Shown piece by piece: positions 11,235-24,350 of a stretch of 64,000 nucleotides of DNA. Both the position numbers and the translations under genes were made by a program. Location of the stretch: assembly GCF_009834535.1 (NCBI RefSeq), contig NC_045696.1:68264001-68328000 (forward strand), given 5' to 3'. The notes beneath the pieces are model-generated. The model had not been told where the DNA came from and did no database searches. It worked only from the letters and a program-made list of their open reading frames with translations. This DNA is from Camelus ferus (Eukaryota). Positions within the stretch are counted from its first letter, which is position 1. Each line of letters starts with the position of its first letter.

Positions 11235-11430
11235 TTTTCAGGTTACAAGCACTCTGATGTCTAAAATCTCATATGACCTGCAAGACAACTCTGTCAAATA
11301 CATATTATTACTTGGATGTTTCAGAGGAAGAACTGGAGGTTGAGAAAGGGAACCGAAGTTGTTCAAGATCACTTAGGGGTAAAGCTGAGACTGGAACTGA
11401 CTCTAAAGATGGGTGCGTGTTTCCAGCTCC
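11235..11430 (-). mobile_element. MIR SINE
   Basis: TTTCAGAGGAAGAACTGGAGGTTGAGAAAGGG..TTGTTCAAGATCAC; a second fragment lies at ~11610-11720. Confidence 0.6.
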
Positions 11431-12199
11431 TGCACAGCTGCAAGGGTTAGGGTAAACGTGATTCTTGACGTCAAGACTGTTAGCTGAAATGACATGTTTC
11501 TGAGCAGCTGCTCTCATGAGGACTCACAGAACCAAACCAGAGAAAGAAAGAATTGATACATTCGTAGGCTCAACGAATCCTAGAAGTGGAAGGGACTGTG
11601 TGCATCCCCTGGCTCACCCCTTCTGTTCTCAGATGGGGGAAATGCAGCCCACAGAGGTACAGTCAGGTACAGAATCAGAATCAGGGCTGGGACTTCACCT
11701 GCTGGTCCTTGCCATCTGCTCAGTCATTGCTCACTTTTGACGGCTTTTTAGCCACCAGCAACATTACGCTATCATAACTACTCTGAAAGCTTTGACCATC
11801 ATTGTGAGGCAATGTAACGTGTTCTACCAGCATGGACTTGCACAGTAGAACCATGGATGAAGGGAGGCCAGGATGCACCAATCTCAGCTGTCAATTTGCA
11901 TTTGATTCCTTCCGTGCCAGCAGTTGGATTTATCGCTGGTGAAAGCAGTGACTCACACTTTTTTGACTCCAAGCAGCGAATTGATCCTGCCATGGCTTGG
12001 TAGGTACAAATGTTTAGTGTGTGATCAAAAATAGAGACCCCTTGTCATCCAGACACTTAAATCAGTCTTGCCTAAGCCTGAGGACTTCCTCAAACCCAAA
12101 CTTTTACCTCAAATGTAATCTGATGATCTATCTGAGAGGCTTCATATTAGGAATCACCAACTGGTAACCCAGTCATGAAGACTAGCAAAGTCCAAAAGG

Positions 12200-12370
12200 G
12201 AGAGGATTCCATTTAGGAGTCTCTTGTCCTGACTCTTATCCTCACTTCTTTTGTTAAATTGAATTGTCACCTTTGGCAACTCATTTCCTCTCTCTGAGCC
12301 ACATTATCCTATCTGCCAAGTCAGAGGGTTAAAGTAGATGACTTTGGAGGATTGTCTATTTTAAGGAGCT
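12200..12370 (+). mobile_element. MIR3 SINE
   Basis: GTCACCTTTGGCAACTCATTTCCTCTCTCTGAGCCAC..TAGATGACTTT. Confidence 0.7.
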
Positions 12371-12869
12371 CCTTATAAAATCATACTTTTATCAGGGGTA
12401 TCTTGTACACTTCAGTATTTCTATATGTTCTTGCTACACTTTGGGGATAAGGTTTAGCCTGTGTTCTCAATGGGGTTCCATTGTTTCTAAAAGGATGAGG
12501 AACTCCTTGAAAGCTAAGAAGAACTATATCAATTTAAACTGTGTAAGGTTAACTTCAGGATCAGCCATGGGTTGGGGGGGGTGCAACGGACTTCAGAACT
12601 TGACATGACTTAAGTGTTCCCTCTCTCTTGTTACAGTGTCTCTTTTGAAACGTACTTTCTAGGCCAGATGGACAGGGGACCCACCATAACCAGGCAAGAG
12701 GTGAAGCTGAATTCAGAGGAAAAACCCTACAGGGTGAAAAACAAATGAGATGTTTTATTTTAAAAGTCACAGACAGTTGTCTTAAGATTTGGCCGGCTTT
12801 GACCCTGGAGAGCTGGTTGCATTGATTTTCCTAACATGACTGTGAGAACCCCAATCTGAAAGTTGGGTC

Positions 12870-13160
12870 TCTTCATTCATTCATTCAACTAGTATTTCCT
12901 AGATGCCTACGTGGTGCCAGACACTTTGTTATGGCTGTGGGAATACATGGAGCATTTTAAAACTACCCCCATCATAAGGAACTTAGAGTCTTACAGAGAT
13001 CACTTGGCAGGTGCACAGATGACTGTAGTTTAAGGCAATGGCTTCGATGTCTTGAGAAAGCTCTGGGCTGTTCAGAGAAGAGTGAGATTCCAACTCCGTG
13101 AGAGTACTTCCCAGAGGAAGTGGCATTTTCAGTCTTGATGGTTGTCAGGCGAGATTTTAA
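12870..13160 (-). mobile_element. L2 fragment
   Basis: TTCATTCATTCATTCAACTAGTATTTCCTAGATGCCTACGTGGTGCCAGACACT (antisense 3' end). Confidence 0.75.
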
Positions 13161-13179
13161 TTCAGCGTTAATAAAACCA

Positions 13180-13355
13180 GAGATTGGGAACTTACTTCTC
13201 TGAGATTCTTTTTTTTTTTTCATCTGTAGAATGTGATAATAATAGTATCAACCTCATAGACTTGTTGTGAGTAATATGTGATTTCTTATGTCTTAAAGCT
13301 CTCAGAAAAGTTCCTGGAACATTGTAAGTGCTCAAAAACATTAATCATTATTTTT
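13180..13355 (+). mobile_element. MIR SINE
   Basis: TCATCTGTAGAATGTGATAATAATAGTATCAACCTCATAGACTTGTTGTGAG ... GTAAGTGCTCAA. Confidence 0.9.
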
Positions 13356-13562
13356 ATTCTTAGCGTCAGAGTAAAATTACCCCAAAGTTTCTTGCAGTCT
13401 CAAGAGAGCTATCCATGGAAGGGAAGACCCACGCTCACAGGACTTCTTTGTATGTTACAGCGAAACCTACTCGGGTCTTCGCAGGTGTCTGGGCTGTGCC
13501 GCTCACCAGCGTGCTCTCACTTTCTCCCTCCCCTTCTCCCCCAACTCTGTCTCTCGGTCTCA

Positions 13563-13564
<2 letters not shown>

Positions 13565-13602
<38 letters not shown>
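13565..13602. repeat. (CA)19 microsatellite
   Basis: Counted directly. Confidence 0.98.
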
Positions 13603-13604
<2 letters not shown>

Positions 13605-14369
13605 TTGTTTCTCTCTGTAGAAGCTGGACTGTTTATCAAAAGCCCCGGGTGTAGGAGTGTTTCAAGTGATTTTGGAAACTGAAATGATTTCAGAGATAAT
13701 AGGCATCAAGACCGTGGGTGCGAAATACAAACAATAGGCGAGTTCATATCGAAATCTTTACATTTAGGAGAGGTGGGTTTTCCTTTCTGCTGCTTTTTTT
13801 TTTTTTTTTCCAAAAGCATCATCATTTATGTGGTCTGAAAATGCTCTTTCCTCTGGAAATTAGACATCACAGCATACAACACAGAGATGTAGCTGATTAA
13901 TCGTACAAAGGGCTCATCTCCTCTGAGTGTGGCTTCGTCCTCCTGCAAGCATGGCAGCCTACAAGAATGAATTTGCTTTGAGTCATATATTTTACATAAA
14001 CCAGAGAGGTTACCCCTAAGATGAACTGTCTGGCTGACTGTTCCCCACCCCCACCGCGTCCCACCCACCATCGCAGGAAGGCATTAGCAGTTTCAAAACT
14101 TGAACTTTCTCTCAAAAATTTCTTTACTTGAACCAAGCAGGATTTCTACATTAAAAAGATAATTGTCACTGCACCAACCATCATGAATGATTACGGGTAG
14201 GTTGTACTTTTAGATGTAAAGCTAATGAGATAATATTTCTCACTTAACATCAGTGTGGCAAACAGTGGGGGGAAGTTTGTCCTCCTGGATCTGGCTGTTT
14301 TGTCTCTCTGGTCACGTTGTGAACAAGGACAAGCAGTTGCAAGAGGCTGACCAGTGTTAGGGTTCTTGA

Positions 14370-14665
14370 AACTCATATAGTTCACCTCACACCTCTTCTG
14401 TTTTATAGATGGAAAGACTGAAGGCCAAAGAGAGAAAGTGACTTGCCACAGGTCACGCAGGGGTTAGAACCCAGGACTTTTGGATCACAGTCCAGGGTTC
14501 GAACAAAAGATTCAAACTCTAGCCCATAACCACAGTGCTCCCATAAAGTACAATGACATGATACAATGGTATCTGGCCTGAAATGGTTGTTATGGGGATA
14601 AATAAGATAATGAATGTGAAATCTTCATGTAAAATCTTAAAGCACTACCTAGGTAGTTGATAAAG
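14370..14665. mobile_element. MIR (-, ~14370-14500) and MIR 3' half (+, ~14585-14665)
   Basis: TTTTATAGATGGAAAGACTGAAGGCCAAAGAGAGAAAGTGACTTGCC; GGTTGTTATGGGGATAAATAAGATAATGAATGTGAAA. Confidence 0.75.
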
Positions 14666-15049
14666 ATTGCAGAACATCTCCCCAAGTTGAGGGGATAATG
14701 AGAATTCTTTTCTTTTTGCAAATAAAACAGAAGTCCCAAGGCCATTTTAAATGTGTTTGCCTGTATGCCTTCTTTCAGCCTGAAGTTTCCTTTGCATAGT
14801 TCAGCATTAGAGTGTTTCATATCATTCTAGAGCTAAAGATAATTTTTCTCAATCTATCACATAACTAGCAATCTTTAAACCAAGCACAAACTGAGGTCAA
14901 AAGCAGAAACAGGACACTAAACCTGAAGATGGCATTTGCTGACCTCAACCCAGAGCAGGAAGTCTATGCTCAGAGTGGAGGATCCCCAGTCAAATGGGTT
15001 AAATCATATCTTTGGCACCACGAAGACTTCCTCCAGAGCAAGGAAGGTG

Positions 15050-15345
15050 GGAAGAGATGGTAGAAGGTTGGGCTGGAGAACGGAAGTACATGCTGCTCGT
15101 GGGACTTTCAAGATATGTATTTAAGACAAGTAGAGTCACCTGGGAGGTTGGCAGCCTCACACTGCATGCTTGTGGAAGCAGGATCAGACTTGTCTGGAGC
15201 CAATCAGAGGAGGAAGTTCCCATGAGACAGAGTGTGGTTTAGAACTTTCGAGCAATCTCAACTCTTAAAACATGGAACCGGGCTGCCTCTGAGAAGAGAG
15301 TGCCTCATTCTAGAAGCTGTCCTCCAGGGGCTGGGGAAGAGATGC
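15050..15345 (+). mobile_element. L3/CR1 LINE 3' fragment
   Basis: AGAACTTTCGAGCAATC..ATGGAACCGGGCTGCCTCTGAGAAG..CTAGAAGCTGT resembles the L3 3' region. Confidence 0.6.
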
Positions 15346-15898
15346 TGAAGGGTAGAGGTAAGCCAAGAGGAGCTGCAGACCGGATAAAGCCACTTGGGCT
15401 CTGCTGTCCCCCAAGAGGCTCCCTGAGAGGCTGAAATTCCTTTCTCCAAAGAGGAAGAATGCTGAAGAGCCACAGAAGTCAGGATGGCGATAAGCAGAAT
15501 GGAAACTCTGCGGGCGGCCTCACCTTTCTTCTCCCATAGTGAAGGAATGATGGGATTCTGCTTTCAGGGAAATGAAAGGGGAGTAAATTTCCAAGGCAAT
15601 AAAAGGAGACGTGCCTCCAGTCCTCTTTCCAGGCAACATGTGGAAGCCCTTGCTTTCGGATGGACTGTGGAATATTTTTTCAGCACGAAGACTTCTGTGG
15701 CTGCAGTGATGTGATCCAGATTGTGCAGCGGGGCTGCTCAGTGCTGGGTTGCACCCAGCTTGGAGGACCACCCTCCATGGCCTAGCAAGTACAGCACTGA
15801 TATGGGATGTGGTGGAGAGGGTGCTGGAGTGGTTGTAGAATTTCTCTTGGAATCTGTGATGCTGTTTTCAAAAACCAATAGGATCATCAGAGGATGTC

Positions 15899-16163
15899 CA
15901 GCTTTATCAAAATGGACTCCATGTAATACTAATTCCATGAGATCCATGTTCTAGGGCCAACTTAGAGGAAAGGTCCACATCCATAGCCCCCCTCCCCATA
16001 TAGATTTGCATGTAAAGGCTCTGAGAAGGGCCGGAGCAAAGCAACCTGTTTCATTTTTAATAATTCTGCTTTTTTCTAACTTATTTGACCATGGTAACCA
16101 TTTTTACTTAATACTACAGTCCTCCTGAGCTGATGCTCCACAGTGAATCCTTTGGGCAGCATT
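15899..16163. mobile_element. hAT-Charlie (Charlie4-like) non-autonomous element
   Basis: GGCTCTGAGAAG..AAAGCAACCTGTTT..CTAACTTATTTGACCATGG. Confidence 0.65.
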
Positions 16164-16414
16164 TTTAGATAATTCCATGGGCTTTAGTAACCCTTGACAC
16201 AGGGACCCGCCAAATGTTAGAACTGAATGCAACACAGAATTTAATGCTTTCCTCTACTTTTTAAAATGAAGAAACCAGAGGCCTGGAAGGGTTCTGCAAA
16301 AGTAATGACCAACAGCCATTAACCCTGACCTATGAGAACCTGAAATTTTAAAATGTCAACAAATGACTGTGTAATATTAGGTCATGGGTTATGATGCAAT
16401 ATTATATTATATAT

Positions 16415-16660
16415 AAGGCTAGATGGAAGTTACAAGAATACTAGACTTGGAATTAATAGAATTGGCTTCTCATCCGAGGTCTCTGGCTTTTCCGCTCTCA
16501 CTGCATGGGGCCATCATTCCATTTTATTAGCAATGGGAGCTCTTCTCTCTAAACTGAGGAGGATGATGCTTGTCTGGCTAATTTCGTAAGTTCTGGTGAC
16601 AATCAAGAGAGAGAAAAGACGTGAAAGCAGTTTATACACCGTAAGGTACCATATAAATGG
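16415..16660 (+). mobile_element. MIR SINE
   Basis: AAGAATACTAGACTTGGAATTAATAGAATTGG ... GTGAAAGCAGTTTATACACCGTAAGGTACCATATAAATG. Confidence 0.65.
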
Positions 16661-18159
16661 TAGTAATCCTTCTTTCCCCAACAGGCTGATGTGCCATTTG
16701 GCATCAGGAGGATGTGTACGTTTTCCGTTGCTTTCCTGTTTCTTTAGGGTGGTTTTCACGAATCTTTCCGCATCTTTTAACTCCATCTTTTAACTGCCTT
16801 CACAGGTTAATGAGATGACCTGGTACCTCTGGGTATGGAAGCTCTCAGCAAAGCCAGCTGCCCCCCTGGACTGAGACATGGGATCTAGGACCTTAACCCT
16901 CACACAGCCAAGCTGACTTGCAAAGGAGAGCAGAAAGCTATGGGCAGGGCTGTACCCCCAGCAGTTTTAGGTATTTGGCTCCAACTTCTCATAAACACCT
17001 GTGAAGAACACAAAGGTCGCCAGATTCTGTGTCATCAGGACCAAACAAGAGACAAAGCAGAAGCCAACAACATCAACACCAAAAGAAAAGAAAGTGGCGG
17101 AGACGGCACAGCGAGGCTGATGAAGCCTGGGCATCTTATCTCTGGAATGTTATTGATGATCTGAGTGTAGTGTGAGATCTTAAGTGAAATGAATTGGTGG
17201 TTTCGGTTCCGGATATGGTATGCAAAGAAAAAAAAATTGCTCTTTGAAATTCAGAGCTTCCTCGTCTGTGCTTCAGGAAGCCACACGCCTGAAGCTGAGC
17301 GTGGAAACTGACTCATTTCGAGCCCTTTGAGATTAGCCCCTCCAGCCCCCAGACTGTGGGCAGGATCTGAGGCCTAAAGGGAAACCAGAATTGGCTCCAG
17401 CCAAGCCTGGAGAAGGACATCAGACAGGAGGGTGTCAGATACACATCTCTTTCATGGTGCTTGGCCTCCCAGAAGGTTCTACAGGCAGTGGGACTTCTAG
17501 ACAAACTATCCCAAAGCTTTTCAACTTTTGCACTTGGTGGTGGAGGGGTGGCCTGAGCAGGAGGGAAATACAAATGTAGCTCTTACCTTATTTACAAAGC
17601 TACATTCAAGCGGGTTGGTTGACTGACCCATTTGGGGGACCACCTTGACCCTGAGGTTCTGAGGGTAAAGGGTATTGTGTCTCCACACCAATCAGCCCTA
17701 GGAAGCCATGAGTCATTCCTCTCTCTGACTGTCCCAACCATCTGTGGATTTGGCATTCTGTGTGTCATTTGGGGACTAGGGAAGTGTATGAGAGGTATTT
17801 GACGTGAATTATTTAGAAGAGAAAAGCAGTTAGAGATCACATGCCCCCATTTTCCCCTTTATACCTCATACAGAGTTGCACATGTCAGTTAGACGGAAGC
17901 ATGGAACCCCGGGATGAGGGGCAAGAACTCAGATTTTCTAGAAGGACCATTTTAAGGTCTTTAGACCTTAGATCAGTGGTCTCCAGACTTTCTGCAGACC
18001 ATTTCAGCGAGAGAAATAACCACTAAGATGGTCTTTTGTTTCAATCTGATTGACATATTAAAAAATTCAACTCGTGTAAGGATAATGAGAAGAACACTGG
18101 CGTGAACAAGAAGTCAGTGAGAGACAAGATCCTGCTGGGGGGCAGGGACCAAGGGGACA

Positions 18160-18350
18160 GGACTTGGCTAAGGGTCAGACGACCGGAGCTGCAAACTCCG
18201 TGCCTTCTGGCAAGCCACTTAATCTCCCTAAACCTCACTTTTCTCATCTATAAAGTGCGAATATTAATTACAAGTGAGAGCACATGTGTGAAGGCATTTG
18301 CCTTGTTAAGTGGTAAGGACTCGGCAAAGGTTCATAGTTATTACTATATA
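18160..18350 (+). mobile_element. MIR SINE
   Basis: GGCAAGCCACTTAATCTCCCTAAACCTCACTTTTCTCATCTATAAAGTG. Confidence 0.8.
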
Positions 18351-19989
18351 TAAGCTTTTAAATATTAATGATTAATTTGTGTTAGAAGTGAAATTTCAGA
18401 CTTCATCATAGAATAAGCATCAATCTTCTAAATTTTCTCATCTGGAAGGCACTCAGAAACATATTAGTCCCCATTATCAATTTATGTGAATGGCACTTCC
18501 AAAAAAGTACCCAAGGAACTTTTAAGATAGAGGGATAACAGCCTCATCAAAACACAGATAGAAGACTAAGACCTGGCCATGAAAGAAGAGGAAGAGGAAG
18601 AGGAAGAAAACCCAGAAACAGAATAACTTTAATGAAACATATTGTGTGATTTTGAGCTTCCCAGCAGCTTAGATAAAAAGGGAAATGCATTGTAGTATGC
18701 AGTCTTTTTCATCCAGTAAAGGAAGAATAGCTACGTATGGATTGGGAAGGGGACCAAATCCTTCCTGCCCCTAAACTTCACAAGAAATATATCACAGGCA
18801 TCTTTATTTAAGGGGTTTGAAAAAAATAAAATGGGCAGAATCTTCAAAAGAAGATACAGCAAAGAAACTGTTCCAGTCTAACCACTAGGTGATATTTCCC
18901 TCTGTGAATCAGTGCTTGCCTTCCCAGAACAAACAAACAGTGAGATGATTAATAGAAGGAGCAGTCTGCCTTTAAAAAATAGGGCAGTGAAAATCGGAAT
19001 GTTTGTCCCTGACTGGGGCATGCTGCTGACCCAGGTATTCACGAAGGCAGTCACCACTCATTAGGGGAGTCCAGTTAGCAAAGGCAATCTACAAGGTGCC
19101 TCACACAAGGTCACTTGGTGTCTCTGAAACTGACTCTGCATTCTGAGTTCCTTAATATGATTTTTTAGGTCACAATGTTCTAGGCAAAACTCCCTATTGA
19201 TGTACATCTCTCATGCAAGATTTAGATCACCTCTTTCCTGGCAGAGCTCCATGGAAACACCGCCCATGGTTTCTGAAGTGGAGTCTGATTAGGTTCCAGT
19301 AATGCCCAGCTGGAGTGGACAGTGAGTCCGCAGTTGCCCTGTCGCCGGACAGTTGGCAAGCCTGAGACTGCCAGAATCTAGTCCTTAGAGGCTATTATTA
19401 TTTTGATGCCGTAGAAAATTCCTGTTTACCTAAGATGACTAGGGAATGGGGTTTTCTGGGCAATGGAAAATTCTGGTTCATCTGATTACTATCTGTATCA
19501 TTTACTGATTCCTGGTTTCCAAATAGTAAATTACAACACACTTTGCTAAACACTAAAATCATCCACTGGTATGATTTAAGCTTTCTTTGATAATTCATAA
19601 GATACTTCAAGATCTATTCATATTCAATATTATCATTAAGATTGTAAACTCACTTTCTGGGTTCCTGGGTGGAAATGCGGAAGGTGTGGAAAATTGAGTT
19701 GCTTCCGTACTCACTCCCCACCAGGCGACTAGAACAGCTGTTATGGTTTAGTTGAATCATTTCATCCTGCATATCAGTTCACTGGCTAGTGAAATAATAA
19801 ACATAAACGTATTAGCATAGTATCTGGTATGTGGGAAGTTACTGTTTTACCGTTTATTTCTCCCTCACGAACATCAGGGGGATAAAAAGAATATGATTTA
19901 TTGAATTGGCCAGTTTCGCATCTGAATAAATTCAATTCATAGTTCACTTCATTGGTTCTGGCAGGGACCACAAAAATAACATGCCTAAT

Positions 19990-20120
19990 TCCCTGGATTC
20001 TTATAAAAGAAAGCTAAGGCCCAGAGAGGGTGCGTGCCTCTGCTGCAGTCTCGTGGCTGCTCAGGGTTAGGCTTGACATAGAACCCGTACGTCCTGGGGC
20101 CGAGGCCAGGGCTCTTCTTA
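19990..20120 (-). mobile_element. MIR SINE fragment
   Basis: AAAGCTAAGGCCCAGAGAGGG..TAGAACCC..GCCAGGGCTCTT. Confidence 0.65.
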
Positions 20121-20913
20121 GCGGTCTAACTGTTACAACACACAGTTTCTGCACAGTGGGAGACAGAGGTGGAGGAGAAACGTCCCCTTTATGAAGAGAA
20201 CCTGGGAACTCACCATTATCAAAACTGTTTAAAGGTCATCAAAGTCCCCTCTGTATAAAAGCCCTGGCCCTGGCAGTTCACAGAGTAAAGGATCAATGAA
20301 ATCCGCAGCATCCAGTCAAAATGAGAACTTTTCAGAAATAGCCAAGAACCATACAACTCCCCACATCAGCAAGAATAACCTTACAAAAAGCCACCAGACG
20401 GGTTTAAATTCCTAGCATCTTTCTTTGCGTCGCCTGTTTTGCAACTTGATTCATTCCTATCCCTGCCCCTTGGGTACTTCCAAAAGTAAGTTTGTACTCA
20501 CTTAACTTCCAAATTAGTTTATGGTAAACTCCCTCCCGGTGTAGGAAGGGGAAGAAGGAAATGAATGATTTTAATGCTGATTGCATTTCTGAAAGGCAGG
20601 ACTCAGTCCCTTTAAAATGAGCTGCTCTTTGGGTTTAGAAGTGTTTTCTTTTCCATGCTTTCCAATTCTGACTTGTCTTTTTTCCTCTTCCCAATCTCTC
20701 TCCTGCCTTTGATCCTGGGCCTGGAAACCTGCTGTTTGCACATGAGTGACCAGAGGGCTAAAATTTCTATTGCCTTTCAGAGAAGGAAATCTCTCATGAG
20801 ACCAATTCTAGAGTCTGAGGTCCTCAGCACTCACTGTTACTGTTGCCAGAAAGGTACTTTTGTATCTGGCCTTCTATATCACATCTTTTTAGCTCCGGGA
20901 GACTTCTCAAAGC

Positions 20914-20953
20914 TGTGTGTGTGTATATGTGTGGTGTGTGTGTGTGTGTGTGT
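20914..20953. repeat. Imperfect (TG)n microsatellite
   Basis: Directly visible TGTG run with interruptions. Confidence 0.9.
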
Positions 20954-21519
20954 ATCTGCACACACATGTGTGAGCACGCATACATATTATCCTGATAGTT
21001 TCTATAAACGCCTTGTGTTGGTTATAAATAGAAAATTGATCACAGAATCTCCTAGGAAGGGATTACAGAGGTCCTGTGTTCAACCCTCCATGAGGCTTGA
21101 GTGATGTCACTCTCAAGACACTTCTGCCAGAGGTTGTGTAGGCAAGAGAGGGAAATGGTCAGAGCAAGTTTCTTTATACTGTTTGCCTCATCTCCACTCA
21201 GATTCTTCCAGGGGCCCCCACTGCCTACAGGGTGTATTCTAAACCTTGGAGATTGGCACTCATAGGTAGCAATGGGGTCTGGCAAAAATTGGCACTGGGT
21301 AAATATTACTTGAATAAATAACGAGGCAAGTGTCTAAGACCTGGCTGACCCCTCCCCCCACCTCTTCCAGCAAGGTGAAACCCCCCCTTCCTTACCTTAA
21401 GAACCTTTACTGTAGCCAAACACACTGCCTGCCTCCCTCCACTGCCTGCCTCTCTCCACTGCCCTGACGCCCCTCCCTCCATAACCTTTTTCCAGCACTC
21501 TTCCTGACTGACATGGTCA

Positions 21520-21745
21520 ATGCCATCTCTGTCTGTTAAATACACGTCCTCCTTTGTGAAGTATTCCTCCTTCCTTCTCCAGTCTTCCCCTACATGGACT
21601 TTCTTTCCTCTATGCTCCCCAAAGAATTTACTTCTCTCAGCTTAAGTACATCACTGATCTCCCCCACAAAACTCCTTGAGAACAGGACCCACTCCACCCT
21701 TCTCTGCCTTCACCCCAGCCCCTAACAGAGGGCTGAGCACATGGC
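21520..21745 (+). mobile_element. L2 fragment
   Basis: CCTCCTTTGTGAAGTATTCC ... AACTCCTTGAGAACAGGACC..CCCAGCCCTAACAGAGGGCTGAGCACAT. Confidence 0.6.
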
Positions 21746-22399
21746 TGCCATCCAGACAGGCTCTCTGGCTTAAATAGAATCCCAGGTCACCTTCTCCTCC
21801 AGCCCAACAGGTGTGTCTTCCCTCTTTTCTCCTCCATGGAAAGCTGAGTTAGGACTGATTACTGATTTCACCTCTGACCTAAATCTACACACTTCCATCC
21901 TGACAACCACACCCACTTATTATGGGGTAAACAAAAACAGCCCATGGAGCTGGCTAACTAGCGGCACACGCTCACCACCCCCCCAGGCCCTCGCGCCCTG
22001 GAAATTTACAGGAATGTATGGCTGCGCTGCTGCTGAGCCGGCTGGGAACCTGTTTTGCTTGCGGCTTCTTCCCTCAGCAGGTATATCGGGGATGATGAGT
22101 GTTGCCAACTGGGACAGGAGGACACCTAGCCCACGCCCAGGCTTTATTTATCAGTGCAGTGGGGCTCCACGGACCTTCTGATCCTTAATCATGAACCCGG
22201 GAGCCCTTTGAGTGTCCTCAAGCATTCAAGCCAAGAAGGCTTTCTAATTCCAGTGGCGATAACCAGTTGTGATTTATAGACTCTTGGAACCTGGAACTTC
22301 AGAGCTGGAGGCAAACTTTAGAATCACCTAGTTTGATTCTTTGTTCCACGGACAACAAACCAGACTGGAGTTGTCTTGCTTTTAAGGGGGATAGAGAGT

Positions 22400-23075
22400 A
22401 TTCATTCATTTAGTAATTCATTCATCCACTTACCCATCCTTTCATCCAATGGTCTATAGATCAACTCATTTGCTAAATATCCACTGACACTAAGTGGCCA
22501 GCCTTGCTTGGCTCTGGGTGGAAAAGCATAATGAAGACATGGTCCCTGCTTACCATACATACACACACAAATAATTATGATTTGATGTGATATTTTATAA
22601 TGCAAGTGTGGACAAAGCGTGTTAGGAGCACATAGAAGGAAGTGACCAATCTGCTCTGCATGGAATAGTCAGGGAAGACTTTTAAGAAGAGGGGAGATTC
22701 AAGCAAAACCATAAAGGAAGGGAAGGAGTTCTAAAGAAAGAGGGAGGAAGGAGATCACAGAGTGAGGGGAGCCTGTGTAAATGCCCAGGCTCAGAAGAGA
22801 GGGCAGAGAGCATCCCACTGACTCCTGGAGAGGCTGTGAGAGGTGGGGTTCAGGGCGTATGCTATGGCGGTGGTCAACATGATGCTCTGGGAGTCTGGAT
22901 TGAAGCTTTCAGTAACTGTCCCTATTGCTTGAGCTCCGTCTTGGGGGTGACAAGGAGTTTTTGAAAGTTTTCAGGTGGAGCAGGATCACATCAAATTTAC
23001 ATTTTATTAAAACCTCTTTGGCCACAGTAAGAAGAGACAAGAGATTGTCACTGAGGGAGCTCTTGTCATTGTCCT
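22400..23075 (-). mobile_element. L2 LINE
   Basis: ATTCATTCATT start, ACATGGTCCCTGC, AGTCAGGGAAGACTT, ATCAAATTTACATTTT: collinear antisense L2 landmarks. Confidence 0.8.
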
Positions 23076-23084
23076 AGAAAAATA

Positions 23085-23350
23085 AAGGAGTGACCTTTCA
23101 AACATATAAACCAGATGTCACCTCCTTGCTTATGACCCTCCATACTCCACACTTGTCCCCTAACCAGGTTCTTTTTTTTTTTCAGTTGTACTTACTACTG
23201 GATCAAATCATTTATTTGTATGTTTGCACGTGAATCATCTGTCTCCAATCCTAAAAGGAGAGCACCGTCAGATCCTGAGCTACGTGTCTTACTCACCACT
23301 GTATCGCCTGGGACGTAGCAGGTGCCCACAAAGTGTTTACAGGATGATTG
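23085..23350 (+). mobile_element. L2 3' end
   Basis: TGACCTTTCAAACATATAAACCAGATGTCAC ... GCCTGGGACGTAGCAGGTGCCCACAAAGTGTTT. Confidence 0.65.
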
Positions 23351-23624
23351 ACGAGACCTTGACCTCGGGAAGTGGTAATGAGATGGCCTTTAAAGGCAGA
23401 AAAACAGATCCTCCCTTTGCAGATTCATTACATGCTTAATGAGTGAACAGTAGCTAGTCTTCAGTAGATAGAGGATGAGGTTATAGTCTTAACTGACTGA
23501 TGTTACTGTCCAATCTGGGAATTTTTATGACAGGCAATCCTATTTTTCCTTTTGCCGTTTTCACTACAAGTGTTTCCACAAATTACCAGTCTGGAATGTA
23601 AACCATTCAAGGATTCTCTCCTTG

Positions 23625-23765
23625 AGCTTACTCTAGACCCAGCTCAGCCACTAATGTTGTGAGGTGGACAAACTCCTTTTATTGGGACTTCAGTTTCTTT
23701 AACTGTAAAATGAGAGTGCTAGCCTTGGATCTGTAAGATGCTTTTTAATTTACATGTGATGATTC
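23625..23765 (+). mobile_element. MIR3 SINE
   Basis: CTTCAGTTTCTTTAACTGTAAAATGAGAG..GATCTGTAAGATGCTTT. Confidence 0.75.
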
Positions 23766-23859
23766 TCAAGTTCCCTTAGCTAGAGCAAGAGTTCGTTTTC
23801 TTTCCTTTTTTTTTTTTTAATATACAAACAATGGTTATATACAAAATGTCATAAAACAA

Positions 23860-24350
23860 AATACCTCTTTTATACTCCTCTGTTGTCCCTTTCAATTTCT
23901 AGCCATGAGTATTTTTCCAGAGTTATAATCAGGGTGCATGGACAATTTCGCATTCCACTCTTATCCTTTAACCTTATTTGTTATATGCCTTTCAAGTTGC
24001 CACAAAGTCCTCCCATTTATCATTTTAATGGCTACATAAGTTTCCATGGAGTTAATATATCATAAATTATTTAACCATTTCCAAATTGTTGGGAATTTGG
24101 ACTTTTTCCAAGTTTTGATATTTTAAAGGGCTTTGAACCTACAGAATTTTTTTTTTTCTTTTTTAGCGTTATTTTCCTTAGGGTAAATCCCTCTGAGTGG
24201 GATTATTAGATGAGTTTTATGGCTCTTGAAAAGTACTGCCAAATGGCTCTCCACAAGGATTGTTTCAATTTGTATTCAATTTGTGTTCCACGCATGAGTG
24301 TGCCAGTTTCACCGAAACCTTGCCAGCATGTTTTTAAAAATCAATTTCCT
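23860..24350 (-). mobile_element. Old L1 (L1ME-type) 3' fragment
   Basis: TTTAACCATTTCCAAATTGTTGGGAATTTGG..GAGTGGGATTATT..TACTGCCAAATGGCTCTCCACAAGGATTG. Confidence 0.75.

Noticed and set aside
18560..18630. GAAGAG-rich stretch resembling an acidic coding exon
   Set aside because: Frame closes within ~15 codons and no convincing splice sites; simple purine repeat.
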